Shown: positions 1 to 15,649 of the stretch, piece after piece
How positions within the stretch are numbered: the first letter of the stretch is position 1
Layout of the letters: each line of letters opens with the position of its first letter
NCBI GenBank assembly: GCA_009914755.4
Contig: CP068257.2
Span: 12,800,001 to 12,864,000 of the forward strand
Length of the DNA stretch: 64,000 nt
From: the human T2T-CHM13v2.0 reference genome, Homo sapiens
Direction: 5' to 3'
Program-made: the position numbers and the translations under genes
The notes under the pieces: generated by a model
What the model was told of the DNA's origin: nothing
Database searches by the model: none
The model's input: the letters and a program-made list of their open reading frames with translations, nothing else

Positions 1-3000
1 ATGAAAAATGACAGCAGCTTTAAGGACATGTGTGCACCTAAGGGAAGATTTTGAAGGTTTAAAATTAGCCAAAGATTACTCCTCAATTTTCTTCAACTCC
101 CAACCAATATAAAGATACTCACTTTCTAAATAGACTAGCTGAAAATAATTTTAAAATGCTTATTATTGTACTAATTCATAATAAGAACAGCTTACATACA
201 CTGGGTGCTTCCTGTGTGCATCTGATATGCATTATCTTATTTAATGCTCACCATGAGTGTGTATAGTAGATCTTTTAATAATCCCCCACTTTACTGGTAA
301 ATTGGCTATCCCTTCACCTCACCCTTACATCATCACCAGTCCTATTGATTTGATTCTATCTCCAGTATACAACTCAAACAAGCCACTGAGCTCAAATCCA
401 GGGGCAATGTGCTAATTTAAGTCACTATTATCTCTCACTTAGCCTGCTGCAATAGCAATTTTATTTTCCATTCTGACTCCCATCCAATTCTCTTAGTAGC
501 CAGAATTACCTTTTAAAAATGCATATTGAGTCATGTGGCTCCTCCACAAAAAATTCTGGTCTGCAAAATTCTGCAGGCATTGACCCACCATGCCCTGCCT
601 GTTCTGACCCTGCTGCTTACTTCTCCATTCTTACCTTTTACAGCCTCTTCTTGCTCACCCCATTCCAGGCTCATGGTAGTCTTTCCCTTCTAGAGCATGC
701 ATTCTTGTCTTCACATGTGCTGTTTGTACCCAGGCTGCCTGAAGTACTCCCCCAGAATTTGCCTGGCTACTCTAAGTCCTTATTAGTTCTCTGATAAAAG
801 ACTGCTCCTCAACGTTTCCCCAACTTAGCCATCTAAACGAGGTTGATTTGCTCTATGCTCTCATACAGTGTTCATATCTATATATTTGTATCTCTATGTC
901 ATAAATTCTGTTGTTTTATCTACACAGGCAGATTTTTGTCTTGCCAATTAGTATGCAGGAAGACATTTAATGATTTTTTCACTGTAAGTCAAAAATCCTT
1001 TAAGATTTCATTAATAATTTTTGGAGGTGCTTTTTAAGAGTTGGTGACCAAAAGAAGCCAACGTAGCATAGTATGCTAACATTTTATTCTAAAATCCTGG
1101 TTTGCAGTGTTCTGTGGGAGCTTTTTCTGAAACCTCTGCCTTTCCCTACCCAAGTCTTAAGGCCACCCATACCTTGACTCCACCACCAATCAGGATCTAG
1201 CCAATACAGCAGGTGCAGGACTTCCCTTCCGAAATTACCACTCCCAACTCCCTGGGGCAGTAACACTTAACTTCCTCCGTCCAAAATGCATAGCAATTCT
1301 ACCTGGTCCAGCTTCTAGCTACAAACCCACACCCATTACAACTTGATCTACACAAAACAATCCAGCCACCAAAAACTGTTTAAAAAGCTGTGGAATATGT
1401 GTAACTTAGGATCTATTTTCTATCAGTATATCAAAGAGATATCTGCACTCCTATGTTATGTTTATTTCTGTGATCAATTATTCAATGAACGTCTTCTCAC
1501 TAGACTAAACTCTATAATAGCAGAAAACATTATTATCATGTTTGTAGTTATACCTCCTAACCCTAGCACAGTGCCTGGATCATGAAAAGCAATCAGTACA
1601 CAGTTCTCGAATGAATGCAATAACTTGCACAAAATCACACAGCATTAAGTGTTGGACCCAGAACTTAAATCCAGATATGCATCTGATTCCAAAGGCCGTG
1701 CCCGTTTAAAAAGAATACCAAAAAGCCACAGCTGACGTAATTACTATGAAATGTGTATACAAACGCGTATGTGGCCTTACACAGATTTTATTTGTGTTTG
1801 TGAATTAAAGGTGTGCAAAATGTAGTTTTGGAGAGGCTGCATCTTGGTGACATGGCCTAAAATTCATTCATGCCTAAAAGAGCACCGGAGGCCATTATGA
1901 GAACGTGTAGATGTATTTTTGCTAAAAGTGATCTACTGATCATTGATCATCTCACCATCTTCCTCCTCTTATCGCATAATTAAAAACTAGAGAATGGAAA
2001 GAAATCTCCAGGATCATAAGACAAAATAATGCCCAGTAAAGTTTCTGTTTCAAGGAATTGAATGGCACTTTCCTGTCATGGCAATAGAAGATTTAAAGGC
2101 ATGGATTTATGTAAATTCTTTGGGGAGCTGTCACATGGCCCACAAGGTTCATCTTCAGTCAGGTATCAGAAGGTTCTGCAAAGAAGCATAGCAGATAACA
2201 TCTAGCAATACATAGGAGATAACATGTAGCAATGTTCTGGGCTAGCCAGTTCCCCAGGAGGCTCCCTCTGTGGTTTCTGAATGGCCCATTTCATTCTGCA
2301 TACAAAAAAAGAGCAGTGTTTTCTTTCATTAGGTTTTATTCTCATATTATCAATGGTAATTCAATTATTCATTTATCCATATACTGGTAGGTGATTCCCA
2401 ACATCATTTATTAAATTGAAAGTAACAAAATTCTAAGTTATACTTGCCACCAATCCAATTTCTCTTTTTTTGTTATAAATATAATACTTTAGAATATTTG
2501 GAAAGTATTGAAAAAAGTGGACTGATTATTTAAAAGTCTCCAAACCTATGGATATCCACAATTAATATTTTGATGTGTGTATGGACACATACATCTCAAT
2601 GCTCACACACACCATTACTACATGGTTAAAGAAACTGAGGCTTTCCCTTTCTATGAAACATAGCAGGAATTCTAGTATACCAAGACGAAGGGTTTCACAT
2701 TGCCTTTCATTCCATGTCAAGTGCAATGCTTAATCTCTACGCAGACGTGACCTGGTCTTCTCCCAGTCCTCCCCTGGATAAGTGGAATTTTCATTGGTTG
2801 GAGTGGTACCCTGACGCTAAGCTGTCTCTCTTCACTTAGCGATTGAGGGGATGATAAAGGGGTTTTGCTTATAGCTTAGCTCTTAAGGACTACAAAGCTA
2901 GGCTCTAGTAAGGGTCAAGATTGTGAGCCCATTTGTGAAATCAAGTCATAAGTCACTTTTGCCACTATTTGAAGTCACAAGATTCCCCCTTATTCAAAAA

Positions 3001-3283
3001 GATATACGTAATATACAGAGATAACAAGAAAGATTTCCAAACAAGATTCTATAAACAAGATAATTTAAACAAGATTCATGAAGATGTTACTCATTTTCTT
3101 GGTCCAGGTATACAGCTTATATTTCAAAACAATCTATAATTGCTTTATCTTACCTTGCTTATGGCAAACTCCTCTTTTTTCTATCTTGAGAAAATAAAGA
3201 CAACAGAAATGTCCTAGAACTATTTATTTAATTTAATTAATCAAATTTAACTCTTATAAGATACCTAAGGTTACATAATATAT

Positions 3284-3655
3284 TTGCTTAGAGTGCCGTA
3301 ACAAAGTACCACAGACTGGGTGGTTTAAACGGCAGAAACTCGTTTTCTCACAGTTCTGCAGGCTAGGGGTTCGAGATCAAGGTGTTGGCAGAGTTGATTC
3401 CATTCAGAGGCTTCTCTTCTTGTGTTGTAGATGGCTGTGTTCTCACACGATCTTCCCTCTGTACATGTTTGTATCCTAACATCTTCTTAAAAGGACACCA
3501 TTCATATTGGATTAGAACCCATCCTAATGACCTCATGTTAATTCAATTATTCTCTTTAAAAACCTTACCTCCACATAAAGTTATATTCTGAGGTGCAAGA
3601 GGCAAGGACTTCAACATATGAATCCTGGGGGGAGACAATTAAGTCCATTGCACGT
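3284..3655 (+). repeat. Copy of a widely dispersed human interspersed repeat family (consensus begins 'tgccataacaaagtaccacagactgggtggcttaaacaacagaaatttattttctcacagttctggaggct...'); family name not assigned with confidence
   Basis: 'tgccgtaacaaagtaccacagactgggtggtttaaacggcagaaactcgttttctcacagttctgcaggctaggggttcgagatcaaggtgttggcagagttgattcc...cttcttaaaaggacaccattcatattggattagaacccatcctaatgacctcatgttaattcaattat...ctccacataaagttatattctgaggtgcaagaggcaaggacttcaacatatgaatcctggggggagacaattaagtccattgca' is highly characteristic of this family. It explains ORF 3382..3591. Confidence 0.6.
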
Positions 3656-4416
3656 AGGTGGTGAATTAAGGGTCTGAGGTTTAAACAATGTTTTTTTTCT
3701 GACTCAAAGACCAGATTTTTTCACTGGACGAAAGCTGCCTCTATGTTGTTAATTCTCTTCTCCACTGCCTATATTCCATATCATTAAGCAACTTCACCTC
3801 CCACCATCCCAAGGTGGAGCTAGTTGCTAGTAAGATTTTGAAGAAATTAAAGTCCTTCCTCTCTTCAGAAGGTGGAGTAGATGAACTATAAGGATAAGAG
3901 GTGGCAATCCGTAAGTAAAGTGATTGAAATGCAGATTATGAAAGTTGTATCATTATTAGTCTGGAAAAGAGACATTTATTGAATGAATATAAATTGTTTG
4001 CCACTAACTGCTAGACTTATTGAATTCTACTCAACTAGTGAGATCTAGTTTAAGGGGAAAACAATAGAAAGTCCCTAGGTCTATCTAGTCATTGTTTTAT
4101 TTGTTCTTCACCATAACCTGTTAGGTGGATAAAGTTCCTTTATTTTTATCATTTTAGAGAATAAGGAGTAGAAGCTCAGAGAGTTTGTGTAACTTGCTCA
4201 AGTAGTGGAACTAGGACTCCAACCCATTTCTTTTGATTCAGAGTACAGTGATCTTTTGCCTGTACTTGCTGTCTCCCCATTCAATGTACCCACAGGATGC
4301 TGTGTGAAGTTCTGTAGGTAATTTGTAGATTCACCACGGGATGTGCTCTCAAAGAACTTTCTTTGTGAAACATCAAACTATCATACTCCTCACCCTCCTC
4401 ACTCTGCCCCTACTGA

Positions 4417-4796
<380 letters not shown>

Positions 4797-7700
4797 TGAA
4801 GTCTTATTTCATATTATACTTTTATTCATGTTCTAGAAGTGGGACTTACTCAGAAGTGTAAGCAACTGACTGCTATGGAGTATGACTGGAAAGTTCACAA
4901 GCTCACATCTGCCCTAAAATATCTCTCCACCTATCTGCCAAGATGCCATACTTTCTTTCAACCAACTTTAACATCTTATCTGTAAGCATACTAGAATTGG
5001 AAAAACAAACAAACAACAAAAAAACCTGGTTCAATTATTTCTATAACAGTGCCTTTCACTAGTGAGTGTGAAATCAGTTTTGCAGGTCAAAACCAGCATT
5101 TCAAATATGAAGTAGAAAAAATAAAATAGAAAATATTTAAGTGAAGTGCATGAAATTGGGGGAAATATTATTTCATGACATTTTGTTTCCATTTTTTTCT
5201 TTGTGTATGTGAGACCTCACATACTAAATCCTTATGAAAAATTTATTTCTTGGGAGATGACAGTGAAAAAAAAGGTTAAGAAGTAATCTTTTTTAAAAAA
5301 TAACTTTATGCTTTTTGATTTGAGGATTGTTTTGACAATATGATAAAAGTTATGGTTCTTCTCTCAAAATAAAGGCACACAAATCTACACACCTATGTTT
5401 TGGGTACAAACGTAAAGGGCTGATAAACCATATGACTCTCATCCACTGTGCTCAAGTTGAGGACATCTGCTCTAGCTAAAAATGGCATGTATTCTCTGGA
5501 AAGGGAAGAAATGGCCCTGGAGATCTCTTCTGTGCTCTTGGCCTCAACATTTAAATATTCAGCCTGAATGCCTTTAGTATTTTAAAGCTAACAGCATAGC
5601 CTGAAGCGGATGAGATGATGAGATGTTAGCACATTTGGTTAATAACTTTTTATTAAATAAAGTAAAACTAAGTATATGGCGATGTTCAAACCATTCCACA
5701 CCAGCTCCACTGAACTTACATTCCAAAGAGGAAGAAAGGCAATAAGCAACTAAATAATAAATGAATGAAGTAATTTCAGATAGGGTTAAGTGTTATAGAG
5801 GAAATAATTGGAATGATGAAATAGAGAAAACTGGAGAGGAGGTGCAATAAGTTAAGGAAGATACAGTAGTTTATTGTGAATGAAGGTCCAGGGAATGCCT
5901 CTTTTTTATTAGATATGATTACTGTACCAATATCTGTGGTCATGCCTCCTCTACCACATTACAACTATCAGTGCTTTACAATATTTCAAGAACTCCATGA
6001 ATATTTGTAGATTGGTGACTTTATTTCAGAATTGATGGAGAAAATATCATGGCTAAGAGTATAGATTCTAGCATCAGACTGCCTAAGATTGGATCCTTGC
6101 TTTGTCCTTTACTGACAATGTAGTTGGAGGGAAGTTACTTAATCTTGTTGACTTTCTATTTCTTCTAGTTTATCTCTAAAATGGGAAAAATAGTATTACC
6201 TACATGATAAGGAGGATTAAATAGGTTAAGATATGTAAAGAGCTTGTGTATTACATTTTCTGGTTATCCACTCCAGAATTCAGTGGCTTCAAGTAACAGG
6301 CATTTTATGATATCTCACAATTTTCTGGGTCAGAAATGTAGGCAGATCTCAAAAGGGCAATTCTTCTCCTTCATTCTTCTGTTTCATCGGTTGGCCATTG
6401 GTGGTATTTGGCTGGCAAATGAGCTGGTTGGGAGGTCCAGGTGGCTTTACCCACATATCTAGCATGTGTAGGTATGACTGGAAGGCTGAAAAGATTGACC
6501 AGATGTCCTACTTGTGACCTTTCCAGCAGACCTTCTCAGGATAATCAGATTTCTTATGCAGAAGCTCAAGACTCTGAGACAGAGTGTTTTAAGAAAAGAG
6601 AAATAGGTGCTGCCAGATTTTTAGGGGCCAGGTCCAGAAACTAACACAGAGACAGTTTTGTCCTGTTCAACTCATCAAAGCCATTAGAGATACAACCCAG
6701 ATTGAGGGAGGAATTCTAGATTCCATCTCTCTATGGGAAAAATATCAAAAAATGTATAGCCATCTTTAACCTGCCACACTATCTACAGCACTTAGAAAGT
6801 ACTAGTTAAGACTCTAAGCTATAATTATTTTATCTTGTTTTTACCTTTCAAAAACTCTGGTTATGTTTATTTCAGATTGAGTAGCAAAATCAACCTTTAG
6901 CCTTGATTTCTCTTTACCTTTTCCGTCCCTAATTTTTAAAATAGCCCTCATCAGTAGGTGCCAGTTGGAGATTTAAAAACAGGCATGCCCTATACAAGCC
7001 AGTGAGTATTAATTGTGAGTGTTTCCCTCTCATGGTAGCAACAGTTTTTATTTATGTCATAAGTCACACATATCTTGGTTTCAGTATATTCATTGGTAGC
7101 CCATAATCCCACTAATATTACCACACAGCTGTGTGTGTTTCTTCTTCAGAGAACAAGGGAACAAGACTTAGCAGCAAGGTGATATCTGAGTACATTAAAA
7201 TTCATAGTGAACAATAAAATGTTTCTTGACCCATATACGACTTGACTGAACCCCAGTTTGTTACTTTTTTCTCCCCAATATCAACAAAATCTTCCAAATT
7301 AAAACAGCAGAAACACAAAGCCACATAAAAAGTTGAACGAGTTCACATTTTAAAATTTCTTGTAAAAGACTGATGATTGTGTGACCTTAATCTAAACAGA
7401 CATTTCCTGTAACCGCTTATGCCCCATAAGGAATCTGCAGCTAATAGGGCCTCTGCATTCTTATCTATTGGCTTGGCTGTCTGAATGAGTATGTATTTGC
7501 TTTGACCATCTGCTCCTATCCCTCATTTTTTATTTAATTTTTTTTCAGATTTAATACTGTCCTGAGGTACACAAATGCTCTTTTTGGTTTGTGAAGCTCA
7601 AGGTCAATTTAAAGGCAAGTCCCTAGAGAAGTGAGCATTTGTGACTAGGTCATCTATTTCCCTGAATCTGTTACAGCTTTTGAGACGTATGTAAGAAGGA

Positions 7701-8104
7701 GAAAGCAGATAAGCCAAATTGGTTTTTGAGACGAGGGGCACCTACAAATGTAGCACTATTGACCATGAAAGTGTAGCATAATAGTATTTATTTGGAAAAA
7801 GATCCATTTGATCATTTTATCCTCTGGGAAGCTACAATGTCTACATCTTTCTTTTATTAAAAAGTTCGTTAGAATGTAACCCATTCCACCCTCTTCAACC
7901 ACACCCCCGCCCACGCAGCCCCGGTTTTGTCTATTAAACAAATTCTGTTTTGAGATCATTTTCCCTAAGTTTCCCAGAATTACTACTCCCCCCTCTCAAA
8001 ACTGTTTTAATTTGTGTAACAAGGCTACTCCAGAGGGATATTTGCTAGCAGGAGTATTGATCCAGTAATGGAGTTGCAGTTCAATTGCGGTGACAAGAAG
8101 CCCG

Positions 8105-8126
8105 ATTTTTTTTTTTTTTTTTTTCC
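8105..8126. repeat. poly(T) mononucleotide run (~22 nt)
   Basis: 'gattttttttttttttttttttttcc'. Confidence 0.95.
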
Positions 8127-11100
8127 TTTAAGGATGATCAAGATATTTAGATTCCAGAGGGTAAAATTTGCACATGAAATCACCTGATTTTCCTCGTGAC
8201 ATTACGTTTTACTGCTTAGGCAATACACTTGCCTTAGCAGTTTGTTAGAAGTTCACACATTTGCACCTTTTAAATAGCTTTCAAAAAGAAGGCTGTGATT
8301 CTCTCTCGGGGAGAGAAAAATTGCCCTCTCACAAGTGGGAAGTTGATATTCCTTGGAGACCACCGGTCTTCTCATGTGTGACATTATTCCCATTCTCATA
8401 CTGAGACTCTTACAGACTTTATGTGAAGCACAGTGTGGTGGAAGGAACACTAATGAGGAGCCAGGAGGCCTGGCTTTCATACTCTTCTGCTCTTCATCAG
8501 CTGCTGATGCTGGACTAGGCACTTAACCTTTCTGACGGTCCTCTTCCTCTGCCATTTTAAAACAAGCATAAGTTGCTATGTGATCTTACGGGCTCCTTTC
8601 CATTCTAAAAGACAAACCAAGGTATAACAAGCTTAAAATATTAATAGCTTTGGTATGAGTTGAAAATGGACAGTGTCAAAAAAAAAACTTTAAATCATTT
8701 TTGTTTTAATGTATTCCTTAATGCTAGTGTGAGAAACTCATTTCTTTCATCTGAGATTTTTAACCAAAAGCTGGCCCTGTTGTCCTCACTTCTGATGAGA
8801 CAATCTGAGAACCTTGCATAGGGTGTGGATGTGGAACATGTTGAGCTGATGTCAGAGTTTCAGTCACCTTTACACAGCAGCGTTTCCCATCAGACTGATG
8901 TTCACACTTCTATTTCTGGCAGCAACCTGCTTGGCCACAGGGTTTGTACAATTTCTCTTTTTTTCTCAACACAGCAATTTCCCAGTGCATGTAAACTCTG
9001 TGTTAATTATTTTGGCTATTAACTAGGAAAGAAGAAAAGCTCACATTTGCTAAATCCAGAATGACGGAGTGGATTCAGAAGTGCTCTCTCAACAAAGTGG
9101 TTTACACTCTGGAGCTAATGCAAACTCTCTTTGTTTCAATGTATTGCTCGCAAATATTGATTAATCATTTTTCTTTATTAGCTTATGCCCTCTTGGTGGT
9201 ATAATGCATTTGACTTTCCTTCTGTCTTCCAGGAGAGTGGGATATTATAAACCTGAGCTGACACTTCAGCAAAAGGGTTCCAGAGGTTTCTAGAGATGGG
9301 GAAACAGATGATTAATGTCAGTCTCCTCTAATAAAAAATAAACGTTAGAGAGAGAGGGTGTGTTTTTTCTTACGTCCTTTAAAACCTTGTGCTATGAGTA
9401 TGCGACAGTAGTGAGGCAGAAGACACTATGGTGAAATCATTCAGTTCAGGAGGCTCATTCTTCTATTAATTCCACAGTGCTTCCTGGACACAGTTTTCTG
9501 TGCCTTTTAAAGAAGGGCCAGAGGCCTATTCTAAAACCTGTATGGCTGTCAAATAAATATCACTGTGCCGGCAAAAGAGAGATTCTGGTTGAGGCCTTTC
9601 CCTCTTAACTACCTAAGGACTGTATATTTTTAGGTACAAAGGAAAGAATTAAGCTGCCTTTTGTGTCCCAGTTGATAAGCATAGTCTTAACAGTCAGAAC
9701 TCTCTGGCTCTAAGCATGAAAAGAAACTTTTAGTTTACACATAAAAGGGGTGCTTCACACACAGGACAAGGAAATGGGAAGTTATAAGGACCCCGGACAT
9801 TATCTCCCTGTACATCTGTTTTCTTCTCAAGCTGGTTTTTATCACTCAGTCAACACCATGGGGAAGATAGCCACTTCACAGGCCTTGAGATCTCTATCTT
9901 ATTTTAGGAAAACGGAGCATACTAAACCAAGGGCGTTTCCCTCTCAGTTCTAAATTCAGCAGGAGAGGATTTTATTGTCTCAGCTCATGTCAAACAAGTA
10001 CTTTTCCTTGAATTAATTAGGGGAAGGGGGTTTGGTAAAGAAACATATATGTGGCTGCCAGGAAGATCCTCTCACTGCCTCTTCATCTTCTCTACCACTA
10101 TGAATGAAAGAAGCCAGTCAAGAATGATTACCTAAAGGACCTTTGACCACTGTCAAAGACCTGAACTTTCATAGCCACACCCGAAAGTAAAACACAACGT
10201 ATGTTCTCAATTGATCTGCCTTGTAGATGCTTGTCAAGAGGGGTTTTACCTTTGTGCCAATATAGAAAGTAGGACCCAAAGCTGTGGACAAGACATACTC
10301 TTATTACCATTTCTTTGAAATTTAGACACTGTTACTGACTTTTTACTGCAGAAGAGAGGGATTTTACTCCCCTTCACAGCCGACATCCTTACCACACCAA
10401 CACTCATGCCTGTTCCTCTCTCCTATTCCCACATTTATATGCACCACTGTCACACAGCACATTTCCTGTTTCCACAATATCAATTTTGGATAGAACAATA
10501 ATTCGTGTTTATATTATTATTAATATGTAAATGTTATTTACATAGAACTATGTAAAATATAGCATAAGCCAGAATTGGTTAATCCATACTGTAGTAACAA
10601 TCAACACCAGAATTTCAGTGGCTTTCCGTCGTGCAAAATCAGCTCCAGGTTCAAGTGACTCTCCAGGGCATTTGTCCTTCATGCTTGACACAGCTATCCA
10701 GAATGTTCTGATCTTGTGGCTGCACCCACTCAATAATAATTTCAAAGGGAAAGGAGAGAGAGAAGGGAGTGGAAAATCCAGGGGCTTTTCATTGCTTCAG
10801 ACCAGAAGTGATCATTTGTTATTTTTGCTCACACTTAATTGACTCAAACTAGTCACATGGCTTTGTCTAATTGCATGGATATTGGGATATGAAATTTTCA
10901 GGAGGGAAAACTGAATGGGATATTGGTGATGTCTATTACATGTCAGATTACTTTTTCTCTTTTTTCCACTTTTTGTTGAGTTTAAAAATTCCTGAAGGTT
11001 ATACTTATTTTGTTATTTTGTTTACTCATATAAAATATGAGTTTCATCTACTTGACCATATCTCCCCTTTAGCATTTTGACCAGTTTCAATCTCGACTGG

Positions 11101-11825
11101 GTTTTCTCCATAACAGTTTTGGAGTTGTTTTCCTGGGACTCTTTCTGCCTCTCACTTTGAGTTGATCCCAAATATTCCTCTTTTGGTTTTACATCTTCAC
11201 TTTGATGGAGCATGTCGTACATGATTTCTTGAGATGGGTACATTGGAGGTAAATTTTTCAATAACTCATATATCTAAAAATGCATTTCTAAATTTCATTT
11301 TTATATCTAAAAATTTCTTTATTTTACATCATTTTATTTTTACTTTGAGATTGTGGCTGGATATAAAAATCTAGTTTGAAAATAACTTTTTCACAGGATT
11401 TTAAAGGCATTTTTTTGTTTTATCTCTTGTAAATAGTGCTTCTGTGGAGAAAGAGCATTTTTATTCTGGTATTTTATGTCTTTTTCTTTTTCCTTTTGAA
11501 ACTCTTGTAGAATCTTTGTTTCTAGCATTTTGAAAGTTTGCAATGACGCTTAATGTGTATCCATTGCATTGGCCACTCAATGGGTCTTTCAAATTGAATG
11601 ACTCTTCAATTCAGAGAAATTTATAGAAAACAAATTTAACTTATTTTTTTTCTCCTGTTAACCTTTTGGTATCTCCTATTTTGTGAATATTGTACCTCCT
11701 ATACTGGTCCTATAATTTTCCTATCTTTTCTATTTTATATTTAGTTTTAAAATATCTTCTTTTAATGTTTTTACTTAATTTTTAATTTCTACTTTAATAT
11801 TTTAGATTTCAAAAGTCTCTTTCTT

Positions 11826-11872
11826 ATGGTTTTTTTTTTTTTGTCTTTTTTTTTTTTTTGGTAGAAGTGGCA
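11826..11872. repeat. T-rich low-complexity tract inside a ~1 kb AT-rich block (11270..11900)
   Basis: 'ggtttttttttttttgtcttttttttttttttggtag'. Confidence 0.85.
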
Positions 11873-14429
11873 GTTCTTGTTCCATGGATGAAATAACTTA
11901 TCTTTTTTTCTCTGAGAATATTAATAATGCTTTTCCCCCATCTCCTTGAATAGATTCCCTTTTCTTCAAGTTTCATATTGCTGTTGGCTTATTTTGGTTC
12001 GTTTTTCATGTTAGAAACTTTCCTCAGATATCTTGTGATTTTTGGATGTATGCTTATGTATGAGGATTGCTCACTATAAAGCTGACTGGAATGTTTGTAT
12101 GTATGTGTGTATGTGTGACTTATTGATTATAGGTTTAACTGTAAACTGTTCTTATTAGGTGATCTCATAGGGGATCCTAAATCAATAGGTTTAGATCTTT
12201 TTCTTGTAAATAGCTCAGATTCTTCGATAAAAATTCTCTCATGCATGGATGGTATAAATCTGTCTACCAGCATCCCTAGAGCTAGGAGGAAAAAATAGGA
12301 CTGGGGATTTCAATATAAATGTATAGACTTTTACTTAGTTCCCATGTTTTCAGTACAGAATACTTGGTTCAAAGTTCTGGTATTGGTATCTCTTAATTCT
12401 GAATCGCTCTGCACTACATTCCACATTCTAAATCTCTGGTATTCTGCCAGTGTGAAAGTGGCACAGATCTTTGGCTGAGCAGCATAGAAGGGGAAATCTT
12501 GAAGTCTTATTGCCTCTCATACAGGCTTTCAATAAGTCCTCTTATTCCTAGTTCACATTCCCTTGTACTTCTACATGTTAATGGTCTCCCCTAGATTCAT
12601 GAGATTTTTGAGAGTGTATGAAGCAAATTGAATAATTTTTTTTTCAAATCTACTTACTGCTAGCTTAGGATTTAGCTTCCTGGGGTCTCCAAATTATTTC
12701 TTACTTATTCTGCCTTCCCAAATGTTGTGATTATTGTTTTTTTCCCTATGCTGTTTTTCTAAGTTGGAAAACCCCTTATATTGACACTTAAAATTGTATT
12801 ATGAAAATTTTCAAGCATGTACAAAATTTTTAAGCATGTAAAAAGTACAGAGATAATAATAATAATAAGCTTCTATGTACTCACTTAGCTTCAACAAGCA
12901 CCAATATATTGTCAATGTATTAATCAACCCCTCTTCTCCTCCTATTCCAACTTCCCACTAGAATGTTTTAAAACAAATCCTAGACACACATAATTTAATT
13001 TATAGGTAATGCTCACATTAATGTAACAGGTAAAGACTTAAAAAACCTAATTGTAAAACAACATCAGTAATTATTTAAGATAACCTAGTACCAAAATCCA
13101 TTTCAATTCTCTCTGATAATCAGAAAAAGTTGTCTTCTTACTTTTCTTTCTTTTTTAAAAAAATTAGAATCTTCATACTGTCTGGCTGATCAGCAAGCAA
13201 GCATAGTTGACCCAGTCATCAAACATGAGAAATATGACTGCTGTATCTCCACCCATTTCTGTGGAAGGTTGGTGGCATAGGTAGACATGACCACATGCCC
13301 ACGACCACTTCAGGAGTCTTCGTTTAAGTCTTTTACCCAAGCACATTTGTTGACAGTGTCTTTAGTCATGCTCAGAAGTGTTATGATTTGGACAAGAAAT
13401 TATGTAGTCACTCTACGCATATGGACAGGTCCTATCACCAATGGAGAAAGCCCATAAGGAATTTTAATACTTTATTTTCTCTACAAGTCTTAGGTCTTGC
13501 AAAGGCCCTACTTTTTAAAATGGGCTCACAATATCCATTCCTCTTCTTTTACCCACTTCCCATTTGAAGAGGGGATTGAATAGTCAGGTTACTTTCCTTT
13601 ATAGTGTGTAGCATGCTCTTGAGGTATTGCTCAATGTCTTCAGTCCAGAACTTCAGTCTGGGCATGGAATTCTCATTCTACAACCCTAAACTTGAAACAT
13701 TGACCTTGGGTACAAATGTGAGATTCACTAATTTGAGGGTGGAGATGATTCATAGTACAGTTATTATCATTCTTTAATTAATTACCTGAACAGCTCCTTG
13801 TGGCCTGTTCCATCTCCCAGACCCTGTGCCTTTTGTTCTTTGTGTGATTTGGTGCTTAAAAAAAAATCATTTATTTTGAGCTCTTCTTTGTTTGTAAAGG
13901 ACTTATAGTTCTGCAGCTATGTTAGATTTCATTGTCAGTCTGTTCCCACTTGCTTCATATTATCTTCCAGGAATTCTTTGCTTTTCTGGTTTGTGGTGGT
14001 GTAACACCTGACTTTCAAGTGCTTTTATGAGTTTACTTTTTATCATTTTACTTACTGTGTCATTAGAAAAGGGATTTGAGGAAGCAGGGAAGGAAGCTTA
14101 ACTCAAGAGTGTTCGGTAAGCCATCATGAATGAGAACCTCTATGTGTTTTTTCTTATTATTACAGACTTCTTGAAATTTTATTTCAATTTTTCTCCAGTT
14201 TTATATATATTATTTATTTTATATTATATATATAAACTTGCAGAGACAATCTTCCAATAGAAAATCTACTGAATATGACAACAGATGTGCATAGTCATAT
14301 GCGATCTATAACTGCTAAAATCTCTCACCCAAGAAAAAAGAGATGGGCTTATTCTCCACGATTATAAGGAGAAGTTCTACTAGAAAATTAGAATTCTATT
14401 CAAGAAAGATAGATAAAACTGATGTGATT

Positions 14430-15190
14430 CAGAAAAATGCAAATAAAAATGGTAATTAATTGCCACTACACTCTCACCAGAATGGGTAAATGAGAGAGAC
14501 TGATATCACCAAGTGTTGGCAAGGATGAAGAGTAACCAGAATTTCTTTACCAGATGGTAGGAGTAAAAGCTGGTAAAAACCATTAGGAAAACTGGCATTG
14601 TCTACTAAATCTGAGCACACACAAATCCAGAAATTTAACTTCTGAGTTTATATCCTATAGAAATGCATATATAAGTGCACCAAAAAACACTTAAGAGAAT
14701 GTTCATAGCAGTATTGTTTTTCAGAAGCCTGAAACTGGAAAGAACCAAATGTCCATCAACAGAAAAATGAATAAGCAAATTATAAATACCCATACATTAG
14801 CATACACAGCATATTAATACTATATAGCAATAAAAATGACAAACTGCTGCTACATACAACAGAGCTCAATCTCACAAAAGTTATGTTGAACAAAATAACA
14901 GACACAAAAGTGTACAAAATTGTATATATTGTATGATACCATTTAGAGAGTCTGAGAGGAATAAAAAGTAATCTATGGCATTAGATATCAGGACAGTAAT
15001 TACCTTTGGGGAGAAGGAAGGATATTGGGTGATGGAAATGGGTACAAAGTGAGACTTCGGGTGTTGGTAATGTTCTTTGTTGTGTTATCATGGAAATTTT
15101 ATGAGTGTGTTTAACTTTTGATAATTCATCAAATGATATACCAATTTTGTGCATGTATACAATTCTTCAATTAAAAAGCTCCAAAAGAAA
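14430..15190 (+). mobile_element. Old L1 (L1M/L1PB-like) 3'-end fragment: ORF2 C-terminus plus 3' UTR
   Basis: 'atgcaaataaaaatggtaattaattgccactacactctcaccagaatgg...gtgttggcaaggatgaagagtaaccagaatttc...ccattaggaaaactggcattgtctactaaa...aaaaaacacttaagagaatgttcatagcagtattgtttttc...tgtccatcaacagaaaaatgaataagcaaattataaatacccatacat...aattcttcaattaaaaagct' parallels the L1 3'-terminal consensus. Confidence 0.75.
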
Positions 15191-15649
15191 CCAACCTGCT
15201 TAAAATAAATAAATGTCATTATATCTAATATAAATGAACCGATCCAATTCCAAAATTATTACATTTCTGTATTAAGCTTATTAATACTCTTTATTTGCAT
15301 GGTAGTCAACAATTTTCAGAGCATTCTTAAGTAAACTATGTCATTTAGCTTCATGCCATCATAATGAATTATTATACATTTAATTTTAGATTTGTTTAAA
15401 AAACTGGAATAATTCTTTCAGAGAGTTGCCCTGTGACATTTGTGGCAAATAATAGAGTTGAGACTAGAACCCAAGGCTATTGAGTCTTCACATACCTTTC
15501 ACCGTACTTACTGATCCTGTAATCTCAGGATCTTGAATAGATTTTTTTTTTCTTATGTTTTATTCCCTCAGAATCTTTCTGTTAGACAGCGTATCCTAAA
15601 AAACCAAACTAGGCAATTTATTAGTGAATGTATGAGTAAATCACATTGT

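Noticed and set aside
12290-13100. Possible additional old L1/LTR-like repeat material
   Set aside because: The sequence feels repeat-like (AT-rich, no ORFs) but I could not match it to a family signature with any confidence, so it is not listed as a feature.
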